A DNA stretch of 64,000 bases from Lingula anatina. Lineage: Eukaryota; Animalia; Brachiopoda. Below, piece after piece: positions 52,250-63,895 of this stretch (the first letter of the stretch is position 1; every line of letters begins with the position of its first letter). The stretch is from the NCBI GenBank assembly GCA_051362555.1, contig CM120644.1, forward strand, positions 10,314,567 through 10,378,566, given 5' to 3'. The notes under the pieces were generated by a model that saw only the letters and a program-made list of their open reading frames with translations, ran no database searches and was not told the DNA's origin. The position numbers were made by a program, and so were the translations under genes.

Positions 52250-54880
52250 AATGGCGCCAAAAGGACAGATATTCCCAGACAGATTATAGCACCAAACAGA
52301 ACGGTCCGCACAGTTTTATAGAGTAATGCCCAGACTTAGTACCCACACATAGGGCAAGCCCAATGTATCGACATCTTACCACCAGGGTACAGGACTCTGC
52401 AACTAAACAAAAACCACCCAGGCCGTTCAGAATGAGGGGTAAATTACCACCAAAATGCGTTTTTCAAGGCCCTTAGCGAACACCAAAATGGTTTTAGCTG
52501 GTTAGAATACCAGACGACCTCTGAGGTACCCACTGTAAACAGCAAAACATAGTCGTCTGTTTCTCTATTGAATTGCGGCCCATGACTGTTTCTGTGTAGA
52601 ACACTGAAACCGCGTGGCTTTCTTTATTGAGGTCAGATTTCACCTGTACCTCCCAACTAGTCAATACAGAGTTTACAGACATCCAAAAGAGGCTTACGAT
52701 GAAGCATGTGCCGCGTCTAAAGTAACTCCGGCCATTGTAAGCGTCAGTATTTGGGGTAGATACCACATTGGTGCCAAAACACCAATGGTAGTCATCTACG
52801 AAAATCTGAAGCAGATCAAATAAAGGAGTAATCTGGGAACCACTTGACTATCATTTGATAGGGGGCACATTAGGAACAATTTTAGGTTGCACGGTGAGTT
52901 TGCCTGTTCACATTGAGCACTTTTAATGGCAGATAACTTAAAGTACCATGGGAATGAGCAGCTACCCTGGTCATCAAAATCGCCACATTTGAACCGCATA
53001 GACAATATGTGGGTAGGCCGTTACTCGCCTAACCAACGGCCTAGATGCCCTACAACAAAACTGGACCAAACTGGACAATTTTTGACTGATTCCTTTAATG
53101 TTATTCCAGATTGAACTGTAAAAACCTATCCCAAGGAATGCCTTGCTGCTTGAGAGCGCTGGTAACAGCCAGAAGAGGCCAAGCATAACAGCGACCGTTA
53201 CTTTGACAAGACACTGACATGAAGGCCATTAGTAGAGCGTGAAACTCTTTTACAGACTATAATTTGGAAAATATGGAGATCCAAAATATCTACTTTAATG
53301 GTTGTTGTATGACATAGAATAGGCAATGCATTTCTGTTTGCTTCACTGTCGAATTCAATCAATGAACTGATGCCACCATGACATCAAAGAGATAATATAA
53401 AGTTATTAAAACAGGATTTTAATCTTTATTTTCATTTATCAGTCAACAAAATAGGAAAAAAACTGATGAAAAATGATTTGGAAAAAAATATTCCATATTA
53501 AATGTCAAGTCTGTAGTATCCATATGTCCTAGTCTGAGGTTTCAACTGAAATCCTAAAAATCAAATAAAACAATCAATATCACAGTTCCAGTACACTTGA
53601 TGGAAAGGCCAACTCTAATAGTACCCAAAATATTTTAAAACGTCTGAATTAACACTGACATTTTTAAGTGGATTCATGAAAATACGATGTCCTGTTTACA
53701 AATATGAGTTGTGGATAAATTTCTGCAGTCCGTTTTGTCTAAATGTTTTTAACATTATTTAAATTCAACATATTTAATCAAGACACAAAAAAATAAAAAA
53801 AAATGATAAAACAAACATTCGTTACTTTGTGTCCTTTTCATAAAATTTAAACTCACCATTGTATTTATAATGTTTATCAACAAACTTCCATAACCTGCAT
53901 GAATCTCTGCTCAAGACAGTTATCTTTTATAATCATGAAAATAAATTTAAAGTTTGTCTTGGAACAGGTTCAATTGAATAATTAATTTACTGGTGAGCCA
54001 AAAATAAAATGAAATACAAATTCGTGCCAGGGAGTTTTAACTTGTATTTAACTTTAAGTTAGGTGTTTATGCTTACTCAAATGTCCTCCTCCCTGTGCCA
54101 GAATGGCGCGAAAAAAGACAGGAAATTGACAAAAAAACTAACGCTTCACGTCAGGTGTATCTTGCCTAAACTGTAAGTTAAATCGAGCACTCTGGTAAGA
54201 GGTGAAGGGGCTCGTTGGACAATGGCGCGTAAAAGACAGACATTGCCAGAGATATTATTAGGTTGCATAATGAGATTACCGGTTCACAAAGAGAATTTAA
54301 CACACAGAACAGATAACTTACAGAACCAAGGGAATGGGCAGCTACATTGGCCATCAAAATTTCTGAAACACATAGACACTATGTGGATTGGTCATTACTC
54401 GCCGAATTTACTGCCTGCATGTCATACATCAAAACTAAATTAAAATTGGTCAACTTTTGACCGTTCACTGGAATTGTATTCAAGATTAAACTCTAAAAAC
54501 CTATCCCAAGGAATGCCTTGCTGTTTGAAAGCTCTGGTAGCAACCAGATGAGGTCAGGCGTAACAGCTACCGTTGCTGTGGCTAGACACTGACTTGAGTG
54601 TCTTTTCTGTGGCGTGTAACTCTTTTACAGACGATAACTTGGAAAATATGGATATCAAAAATATTGCTTTCAATGGTTGTCGTATGACAATAGGTAATGT
54701 ATTTTGTTTGCTTCACTGTCGAATTCAATTAATGAACTGATCTCTAAATGACATCGAATGGATTATTAAAAGTCATTAAAACACAATTTAATCCTTATTT
54801 AATCCTTATTTTCATTTATCAGTCAGCAAAAGAGGAAAGAAATTGATGAATTGTGATTTGGAAAAAAAAATTCCATGAAA
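52250..54880 (+). mobile_element. Two related decayed Tc1-like remnants (52250-53500 and 54100-54880)
   Basis: SVSIWG...TPMVVI, LPWSSKSPHLNRIDNMW and LHWPSKFLKHIDTMW motifs; the two blocks are diverged direct copies. Confidence 0.7.
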
Positions 54881-55441
54881 AAAAGAGTTAAACCTTAAAG
54901 GTATACTGTGATGAAAAAACGGGTTAAAAGTATCCATTAGGTGCCCAAAAGTCATTTTTGAGTAATGAAAAAAAGTTCTTACGTTTATTTAGTTTTTAAA
55001 GCCGATTTTATGCAGGTGTGAATGTAGTTTACGATACTGCCGCGTGGTGGCGCTTTGAGGCGAGTGACGTCACTTGCGTCGAGGCTCAGAAAGCCATATT
55101 CGATTCAGCTATCCGCTTACTTACATTTACTCGATCGCAGCAAACTAAAAGCGATACACGCAATTGATTACTACATGATCATTTATAAATTCAAATTTTT
55201 GAAGACAGCTACACAAAAGAAGATGAATTCCCTACGTGGTTATCATTTAATAACCAACAAAATACACCAAAACTATGTTAACAGTAAAGGTTTGGAAGCA
55301 GGGCAGCGAACATAGTTTTTCACACATGCCCATCTGTCGCGTCGGCTGAACGTTCTTATCCCGACTGATAAGAGAAAGTTACCTAATACATGCAGGTGTG
55401 ACAGCTAACATTATTTTTCACACCCGTGCAGTTTACCACTA

Positions 55442-55903
55442 TCATGTTAATATTAAAGTTTTCACTAACATGACCAAAAAATTCGACAACGTACCTCTGC
55501 TACGAACTTTTTTTTGGGCTCTAGAAGCTGCTCTCTTCTTCCTTTCGACGGCCGCATCATGCACACATCCTACAGGTAAGACTCTCGTCGGCAGCGCTCT
55601 GGCATTTACTGTCGCATTTTGGTACTCCGAAAAATCGAATATACTGGGTACAGCATCATCTTTTAGTTTTCTCCGTGCTTTTCCACCGCACAATTCAGCT
55701 CGCAGGTCACGTACGAAGCATTCCGGCTCGAAGTGGTCGCTACAGATCCTCGCGTGTTTTGACACTGTGCTGGGATTTTTTAACTTCAGAGAATTGAGCC
55801 AAATTTTACGTTTTGCGGCATCCGCAGGCACGATATAAAAGCAGATGTCTTTCTTATCGTAACCTACATTACGGCACCCGGGAGCAACACAACTTTGCGG
55901 CAT
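55442..55903 (-). CDS. THAP zinc-finger domain ORF, probably transposon-borne
   Basis: C2CH THAP signature CVAPGC...F..P...RKIW...RICSDHFEPECF...LKDDAVPSIF. Lies in a TE block; a TTAAAGGTATACTG Kolobok-like end is at ~54895. Confidence 0.85.
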   Translation of the reverse strand: MPQSCVAPGCRNVGYDKKDICFYIVPADAAKRKIWLNSLKLKNPSTVSKHARICSDHFEPECFVRDLRAELCGGKARRKLKDDAVPSIFDFSEYQNATVNARALPTRVLPVGCVHDAAVERKKRAASRAQKKVRSRGTLSNFLVMLVKTLILT

Positions 55904-56255
55904 TTTGTTTTTCTGACACCTGGATGTTTAGTCACCTACTGCATAGTATAGATCTATACTATTACTAGTACAGCTGTGGGAAGCTACTACCCAGGTTACG
56001 TCACTAGAAACTGACCAATCAAAATGTTCTCATCTAAATCTCATCTTTTCTCTCTAAAACTTAAAAAGAACAATTTTTTGACGTCGATTTATAGTTTTTA
56101 TACTGTAAAAAAAGCAGTGAACGCTCTGTGTTCCTAGAGCACAGTAGGCCTTTAATGTTGACAGTGTTTGTATTCTTTCTGCAATATAAAACACCTTTGC
56201 CCGCCAGTAGATTATATAATATGATTTATCCATTATGACAACGAGAGCAATTGAT

Positions 56256-57000
56256 GAAAAACGGTGAATAAAACAGTGCCAGTTAATAGATTGAACACAT
56301 ACATGGTTAGCTGTTCGAAAATAAAACAAACAATAATAATAAATATATATCAGTTTCATTGCCATAAGATCTGACTTGAGTTTTTTCTTGATGTCCACTT
56401 TGTTGCAAAGAGGCATGCATTAAATATTTTTTGTTATTTTTACAAGGCTTTGACTTTAAAGCTAAATTACGACTTTAGAGCAAAATATCCATATGGAGCT
56501 CTTCTTAACCTTACCTGAAGTCTCTGTCTTAAAGCGGTGGCGCGATTCTCGGCTTCCCTCTGTTATTAATTTTCAGTACTTGCAGCTTCTTATTCTTGAA
56601 AACAACGTCTGGCGTCATACGTTTAAAACACGCTTAATTAGATAATTTACTGGAGCTATGATGTAATAAAGGTGACCTTCATCTCAGACAAATTGCAGAA
56701 TCATAAATTGAAATGTAAAAAGATTCATATTCATTTAGTGCCATTGAAATGTATGCACGCGTCTTTGTCTGTATACCATGTAGATTGATCTTGAATATGG
56801 GGGCTTCAGTTTATTTCCTTTTGTGCGAAAGCAACCGCAAATGATTTAATGTTAACGATGTGTCTAGTATCGAAGACATGTGGGTAAGTTTTTCTCTCTG
56901 CACGGTTACCATGCACACATACGTTTTATGAATGTTCATTAAATCGCAACCTGGGCCAAAAGGGAGAAGTTATTGCTAAGTAAACACTTTATTTGTGACA
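56256..57000 (-). pseudogene. Orphan 5' half of an SCP-like gene (copy H): upstream block, non-coding exon donor and truncated leader exon
   Basis: ATG at 56304 gives MYVFNLLTGTVLFTVF and then homology breaks. Donor CAG|GTAAG at 56513. No main exon follows. Confidence 0.75.
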
Positions 57001-58380
57001 ATGTGAATACAAATTTCTAAATTTATTAATTTAAGAGTGACGATCCCCATAAAAGAACTGCACCTAGGAAAAGGGTAAAACAATTCGATTCTATAATTAC
57101 CTCCCAAAGTGGATCAGTTAAAAAAAATTAGGAAAAAAATTTCCCAACATCTGGTGAAAAATGTGCACATAGGTATATTATATTTATGTGGTAAATAGGG
57201 CTCGCCTTTATTTTATTTCTAAGAGAACCATACTAAAGGGCTGCATTGTTGGCTTCCTGGTCAAAATAAAAATGACAACCCTATAAAGACTCTTACAAAC
57301 TGATAAAGTTATTTCTGCCGCAGTCAAATGCACTGAAAAGTCCCCCGGGCGGCAGTGTGTTCAGCAGTATATTTAGTGGTTTCTGTGGTTGCTTGCCACC
57401 ACAAATTCCACATAAGCTTACCTGGTCTGCAATTTAAAGAAATGCCCTTATGTCATTAATTCAGATTATGTTGCCAAACTGGGAATTTGTCGCTGAAACA
57501 TAATGGCTTAATATAAAAAAACAGCAGTCTTGAATCTTGGAACAAGTGTGGATGTAATAATTAACATAGGGCGTCTAGCATGTTTTAAGAAAACTTGGTT
57601 GTTGTGTACGTAGTCCATGTATCCACTGGTCACTATATCTATATCCTTGAAGTCTCCAAGGAACACATGCTGATATCTAAGACTGAATGGCAGAAATGCC
57701 AGAAGTGACATCACCTACCACATTACTTGTTATATGTACATCACAGAAAAGGGGGGTGGGGGGTGGAGGGGGTTAACTGTTTCATCTGTGTGTCAACGAA
57801 TGGCCGGAGCATGCAATGTTATATACAGATAATTATGTCAAATCACCGACCAAAATTTAAAGAAAGTAGCAGTTTAAATATATTTTATGGTTGATCAAGT
57901 GATTTATTTAGTTTATCCCTTGGCATGTTGAATTTATTTGAGTGGTATACGGCACTACTAGACGTGGTTTATATGCGAGCTCAACCAACTTTCAGTTCAA
58001 ATGTGCATTCAAATTCACATGTTGAATACGGTTGAGCTGTTAATTCATACATATAAACATTCCCATGAACACACGAACGCACCCACATATACATCTTAAA
58101 GTACCTGGGATGACATATTTGGTGAAAAAGATGTTCAGTTTCATATTTGTAGTGATATAATTTGGCGTTTTGTTTAGACTCGGTTATTTTTTAAGTAATT
58201 GCTACATGTATCATAAAAGATGAAAAGTACAATACTTTCTTCAAAACCAAATTGAAAATCTCTATAAAAACATCGTATGTATAAGGAACTTCAAAATTTT
58301 CCCAACTTTATTTCAGACCATTCCGAATATTGGTATCCATTTATGTGATAATTTCGAACTTCATTGGGTTTTATATTTAG

Positions 58381-59198
58381 TTAATTTACCGGAGAACCAA
58401 AAAACAGGGCTGTTTTGCTGTCTTTCATTTCGAAATCAAAATCGGTACAGACAAATAAGAACTCTTCTAAACTAATAATGTTATTTTGGTTGCTGTCCAT
58501 GTCACTGAACAGTTCTTCAGGGGGCAATATATTGCGTGCTATATGTAAAAGCTTAGAATACTCGTCAAGAGACATTTCATCATCGCAGTCTACATCTAAA
58601 ACATGGAACCAGTCTGAACACCAATGTAGCTGATACTCATTCACTGACGTATTTAAGAGGTCCATTTCAAATAACTTAAGAAACATATCGAGGTTAATTG
58701 CTTGTTCTGTGCTGACCGTTTTTTGCAACGAAAACTGCCAATCTTCCATCATTATACCGTATACAGCATTGGCCCTCCATGGGGAGAGAACCTGTTGAGC
58801 TCGTGTTGCCACTTCGTCCACGTATTCCTCTTTGTACACCAAACCGTCGTTTTTGGTGTCCATGGTTCTAAACCACAATGAGAATTTCTGAATCCAAAGA
58901 TCAGATATTTGCACGTCTTGAGGAACCTGTGGATTTAATGAAAATCGATGGAAAATTCCAAGTCGATGGATTAACTATTTCTTAAGTATTTTAGTAGTAC
59001 ATCTGATAATGTTAAATACTTATTACCTTCATAAGTATAACATTTTCCGTGATTTTATGTATAACATTTATGTGATGGATGAGATTGCGCATAATGTATC
59101 TCTTGTTGAAAACTAACCTCAACAACATCCCGTCCGAAACTGCATCCATGGAAAGCGATGAGTAAAACAGTGCCAGTTAATAGATTGAGCACATACAT
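58381..59198 (-). CDS. Secreted SCP-like EF-hand protein, copy I (exons 59118-59198 and 58381-58926)
   Basis: Leader MYVLNLLTGTVLLIAFHGCSFG-RDVVE. Main exon VPQDVQISDLWIQKFSLWFRTMDTKNDGLVYKEE...FFGSPVN*; open frame. Confidence 0.9.
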
Positions 59199-59232
59199 GG
59201 TTAGCTGTTTGAAAATAAAACAAACAAGTTAA

Positions 59233-60097
59233 GAGCTTGTCCACGAGAGAACCAGCCCAGGGTGGCAAGGTGGGGGTCAGCGGATTTCAACCAAATTTGT
59301 TGTATGGAGGCATATTAGGAAGTTATTCATGAGTTAGGAAGGAATCCCAAAAATATCTTTTCTTCAGAGAATTACAGACTATTTTAAGTCATGGCTTATG
59401 TGGCCTCTTTGAGACTCCATTTTTACCTTGGAAAAATAATGATAAATTTTGTGTAAATTAAACAGAAATGGAGAAAACTAAAAAACATTAGACCTTTCAA
59501 ACATTGGAAACAATCATTTGGCTTGCCACAGATATATGTAGAGTTCAGATAAGACCCTGCTTGGGCGAGCCACACCCATTTATAACACCCCTCCCCCCAA
59601 AGTCCAATTTTGACACTACCATCTTTAATTGCATATATCTCCATCTTCACAGGGTTTACAGCTATAAAACTACATGAATATTTTAGGCAGATATGGATCA
59701 CTCCAAATCAAGTTTCAAAAGTTACTGCTGTATTAAAACAGGTACTGAAAAATACCCCCAAAGTTGGCCATTTTTAAGGCAAAAAATCGTGGTGGATTCA
59801 TTCAAGTCTATGTAGACAATGGGTTTGATTAATTTATTAAAACATTTTGCTCTACAATGTTGTTACTAAATTAATAGGGCTGGTGAGCATGGAAAGTGGA
59901 TGTGTACTAATGAATATCAGGTCAGTGGGTCATAGGTCAAGGTCACTGGGCTTCATTTTTGTAAATTGTCATATATAGACTTTTTCATTTGTATGGACAA
60001 AAAGTTTTAACGAGGAAATAATTCCTTAAAAGAGGAAATACATCTTAGATTCTATTACTTTGGATAAGCGCTTGCAATTAACTTGAGAGTTTACATG

Positions 60098-60142
<45 letters not shown>

Positions 60143-62854
60143 TTTTAATATCATCAATTTGGTGAATACAAATTAAAATCTCAGTTTAGTAAAGATTTCT
60201 TTTTGGTGCAATATTTATCATTTAGAGATCAGGATATGCCAAATAGTATTTATGAGATCAAAGCCAGAACAAATTTTTTTTTAATTTTTGAAAGTTTTTT
60301 TATCATCCACACCACTTTTTGGTGACTATTTATGAGCAAACAGTAACTAAAAAATATTCAAATTTATTCAAGTTTATTTTTGTCTCAGATGAATAATTAC
60401 AAATAATAAAAAAATCACAAAATTATAATACAGCAATACATGCAAAGCAGTGCAACATTAGTTGTGATCATTACAACCTATATCATAATGTAGCAAAACA
60501 AGATAATTTTCTATTCAAAAAAGCAAAACTAACACAACTGCAAAATATATCCTGGTGTTATGAAACATCTTAACAGTTTTATATCAAACATTACAGCTCA
60601 TAACATCAAAGTTTATAATACATTCAAAAATAACTGCCGATTTTTTTTCCTGAATAGTCTGTAACCCTCCTTACTGACATTTCATTCTCATCTTCATGTT
60701 CACAAATGCTAGGTTCTGCTGGCCTGTTTCTTGTGCCCTTCTAAACTCCTTCAGTAAAAACTCATTTACTTTATTTGAATATAGTTTCAAAGGTTTATAT
60801 GACTTTAAAGCTCATCCATTGTGTAACTCAGTGAGATATTCAAGAGGGTGGAGTTCTCTCAGAATAGTCCCAGTTGGCACATTTGCTTCAGATAAACCCA
60901 AATTAACTTTAACATCAGTATCACTCATAATAAAACTGCTCAAGGAAGAGAGACACCTTTTCTCATGTTGTGGGAATCAAGAAAGCCAAATTGTTGTAAT
61001 TGGACACTCCAGTCCATGCAGGTTTGGAAGATGTCTGTCTAGCTGGATGTAGAAAATGGCAGCAAAAGAGCACCCCTCCACTCCATCTGCAGAAACTAAG
61101 GCCTCGTGGATCTCCTCAGCATTTGTTATATTGTAGCTTTCATTTACATACATGCCTTTCTACAACATCCGTCATTTCCACACTAGTTTCAGTTTCTGCA
61201 AGGCTTTGGACTCTTTTGCTGACCATAAGATCACTGTGTGTCAAATAACACCTCTCAAATGTGCCTGAAATATAAATATAGCTTACTATAGACACATGAA
61301 AACACTTATCTCAAAGTTAATTGATACGTTGATGAAAAATAAATTATTATCCCATGTGTCAATGTTTGATAAGATATGGTTTCGAAAATAAATTATGATG
61401 AGACTAGCAATTTTGCCAAGGCCAGCCCTAGCTTCAATCTAATTCCAATTGTTACCCTTAAATTTATTTTACCAAAATACCCTTAAACCAACCTAAATAC
61501 CTACACAAATATAGCTTAAAAGATTAGGCTGAAATTTCATTATTTGAAAGGGGGCAGTTTTCTTTTAAAAAAGAAAAAAATGGACCGTTTACCATTAAAA
61601 AATTGCACCTAGATCATTTTTTCTGAGTGACCTTTTTTCTGGCTTTTAGCCTGTATAAAAATACAAACAAACCCGTTTCTTACCTGAACCAAGTGGCACC
61701 AGTATATTCAAATGGCTTTTTGTCTACACTGACATCTGCAAGTTAATCCCATGACATATTTCGTTATAGGCTCGTTTTTCCCTGTGTGGATGGTTTCCAG
61801 CACAAACCAAGCCCATATCCCTATGCTGGTCACATGGTGTAACCCATTCATTCTCCCAAAGTTACTTGAAAATGTCCAATTGCGGTCATCGGAGACAAAA
61901 GTGTCCACACCTGACAAGAATCAGTTTGCTTTCGTAACTCACGCTGTTTTGCTTCACGTAAACGCGACAAAGATGACTCTTAATATCTCTGTTGCAGTTT
62001 TTCAATACACTACATGTTTTTTCACATCTGTAGACAGAGTATAAACCACATGATATACGACTTCGGTGAGGACGATTTGCAAAGAAACAGTCCGCGCTTT
62101 CCGCCATGTTGGATAATCACGCTGTGTTGTTCTGTCGTTAGTACATTAGTTTCACATGATTTTAAAATGTGTTAGATGCTTGTTTTAACCAGAAAAAAAA
62201 TTAGAATAGGTAAAATGAAGATATAAAGCTCAACTAACAGTGTTTTAAACCATTTGTTGACTTGAAAGAGATAGCTGAGGTTGAGTGCACCGATAAATGT
62301 GTCCAGATAAATTTACGAAAAATGAAGAAATTAGGTCATGTTCTATCTCTTACAACGGACAAGTTGTAGAACAGCAGTAAGTTTTGATGTATAAATAGAT
62401 TAATGAGTTATCTGTTAGTCCTGAACACGCTTTACCCCAAAGACCTGTGAAGATGAAGATATTGTCAAAAATAGAAGGGGGGTGTTCAAAGCATGTGGTT
62501 CGTAGCCCTGAGAAAAACGTTTAGTTTGTTACCATGGAAACAAAGAGGGTGAAAAAAGTGTATATCATTTTAATCCCCTATCTTTAGGTTATAACATATC
62601 ACCAAACTAAATCATTAAGTGACACCTGTATAAACTGTAAGGCCAATCAATATAACCCTGTTTTTCAGATGAATTTTTGGTTGATTAACCCCCCAAATTG
62701 TGACTGCCCATATCTCTGTAGGTAGGGATTTTTTTCTGGAAATATTGCAGCCTCAGATATTGTTCATATAAAATTTCAAACACACCAAATATGGTGTAAA
62801 TCCGTTCACCCCCGCATTTTCTACATTTGGTCTGGTTTTCTCGTGGACACACAC
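59233..62854 (-). mobile_element. 3.6-kb TTAA-flanked DNA transposon (Sola3- or Kolobok-like) in intron 1 of copy I
   Basis: TTAA at 59229-59232 and 62855-62858. Imperfect ~70-bp TIRs TGTCCACGAGA(G/A)AACCAG...GGGGGT..CGGATTT..ACCA.ATTTG; the left end starts GAG. Decayed minus-strand coding remnants at ~60690-62107. The host intron is contiguous in other copies. Confidence 0.8.
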
Positions 62855-63338
62855 TTAAATAGCCTTTCTATGAGTTAATCAGCAACAAAAATGCAATCCA
62901 AAACATAACCTTTCAGACCGATCGCTACATTCCCTGATAAGAGAGTGAGATTAATCAAAATTGATCATAAATACCATTATCCGTTTCACATAATTAAGTA
63001 AATGAAATGACGTTTTCTAACATTTATTGGGCAAACATGTGCTTTATTGTTCATTGATAATGACAAAACCTGTTACACAATAAGCGATGAAAAAAATGCC
63101 AAGCAGATTTAAATTTCAACAAGTGTAGGTAAGTATAGATTATAAGATTTTTCAGAATTTAAACTTTAATCTCTAATAAATAATATATCAGTTCCATTGC
63201 CATAAGTTCTGGCTTGGGTTATTTTGTGATGTCCACTTTGTCGCAAGGAGGCCTGTCTTAAACCTTTTTGTTATTGTACAAGGCTTTGACTTTAAAGCTA
63301 AATAACGAAAATGTGCATATGAAGCTCTTCATAACCTT

Positions 63339-63660
63339 ACCTCAAGTCTCTTTCTTAAAGCGTTGACTCAATCCTCCGCTTATCAATGCCTAGTACTTGC
63401 AGCCTCTTGTTCTTGCAAACAACGTCTGGGGTCATACGTTTAAAACACGCTTATTTAGATAATTTACTGGAGCTGTGAAGTAATGAAAGTGGCCTTCATC
63501 TTGGACCAATTTCAGAATCATAAATTTAAATGTAAAGATATTCATATTCATTTAGTGTCATTAAAATGTATGCACGTGTCTTTGTCTGTATACCATGTAG
63601 TTTGATCTGGGATATGGGGGCTTCAGTTTATTTCCTTTTGTGCGAAAGCAACTTCAACAT
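63339..63660 (-). promoter_or_regulatory. Putative non-coding first exon and upstream promoter block of copy I
   Basis: Donor AG|GTAAGG at 63339-63340, with counterparts at 27122, 37507, 40786, 50055 and 56513. It is followed by the upstream block conserved across the copies. Confidence 0.55.
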
Positions 63661-63837
63661 CGTGTCTAGTATCTAAAACAGGTTGGTACATTTTTTCTCT
63701 TTGCACCGTTGCTTGGTATACATTCTACGCGTGTTCAAAAAATTGCATCCTTGGCCAAAAAGGAAAAGTATATCGCTAAACACTTTATTTGTGACATTCT
63801 GATTATCATTTTTAAACGAATAGGATCCACTTACATA

Positions 63838-63895
63838 TAATTAAGTTCGAGAGAACCATAGAAAAGGACCGTCTTACTATCTTTAATGTCCACAC
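63838..63895 (-). pseudogene. Relic extreme 3' end of an SCP-like exon (similar relic at ~50570-50630)
   Basis: Reverse strand reads DIKDSKTVLFYGSLEL. Confidence 0.55.

Noticed and set aside
25394-58633. Plus-strand ORFs overlapping the SCP-like exons
   Set aside because: Ser-rich antisense shadows of the real minus-strand exons.
25288-58926. Calling the EF-hand genes aequorin-type photoproteins or calmodulin
   Set aside because: The His/Trp residues of the photoprotein C-terminal triad are not conserved by eye. EF2 is degenerate and the termini match SCP rather than calmodulin.
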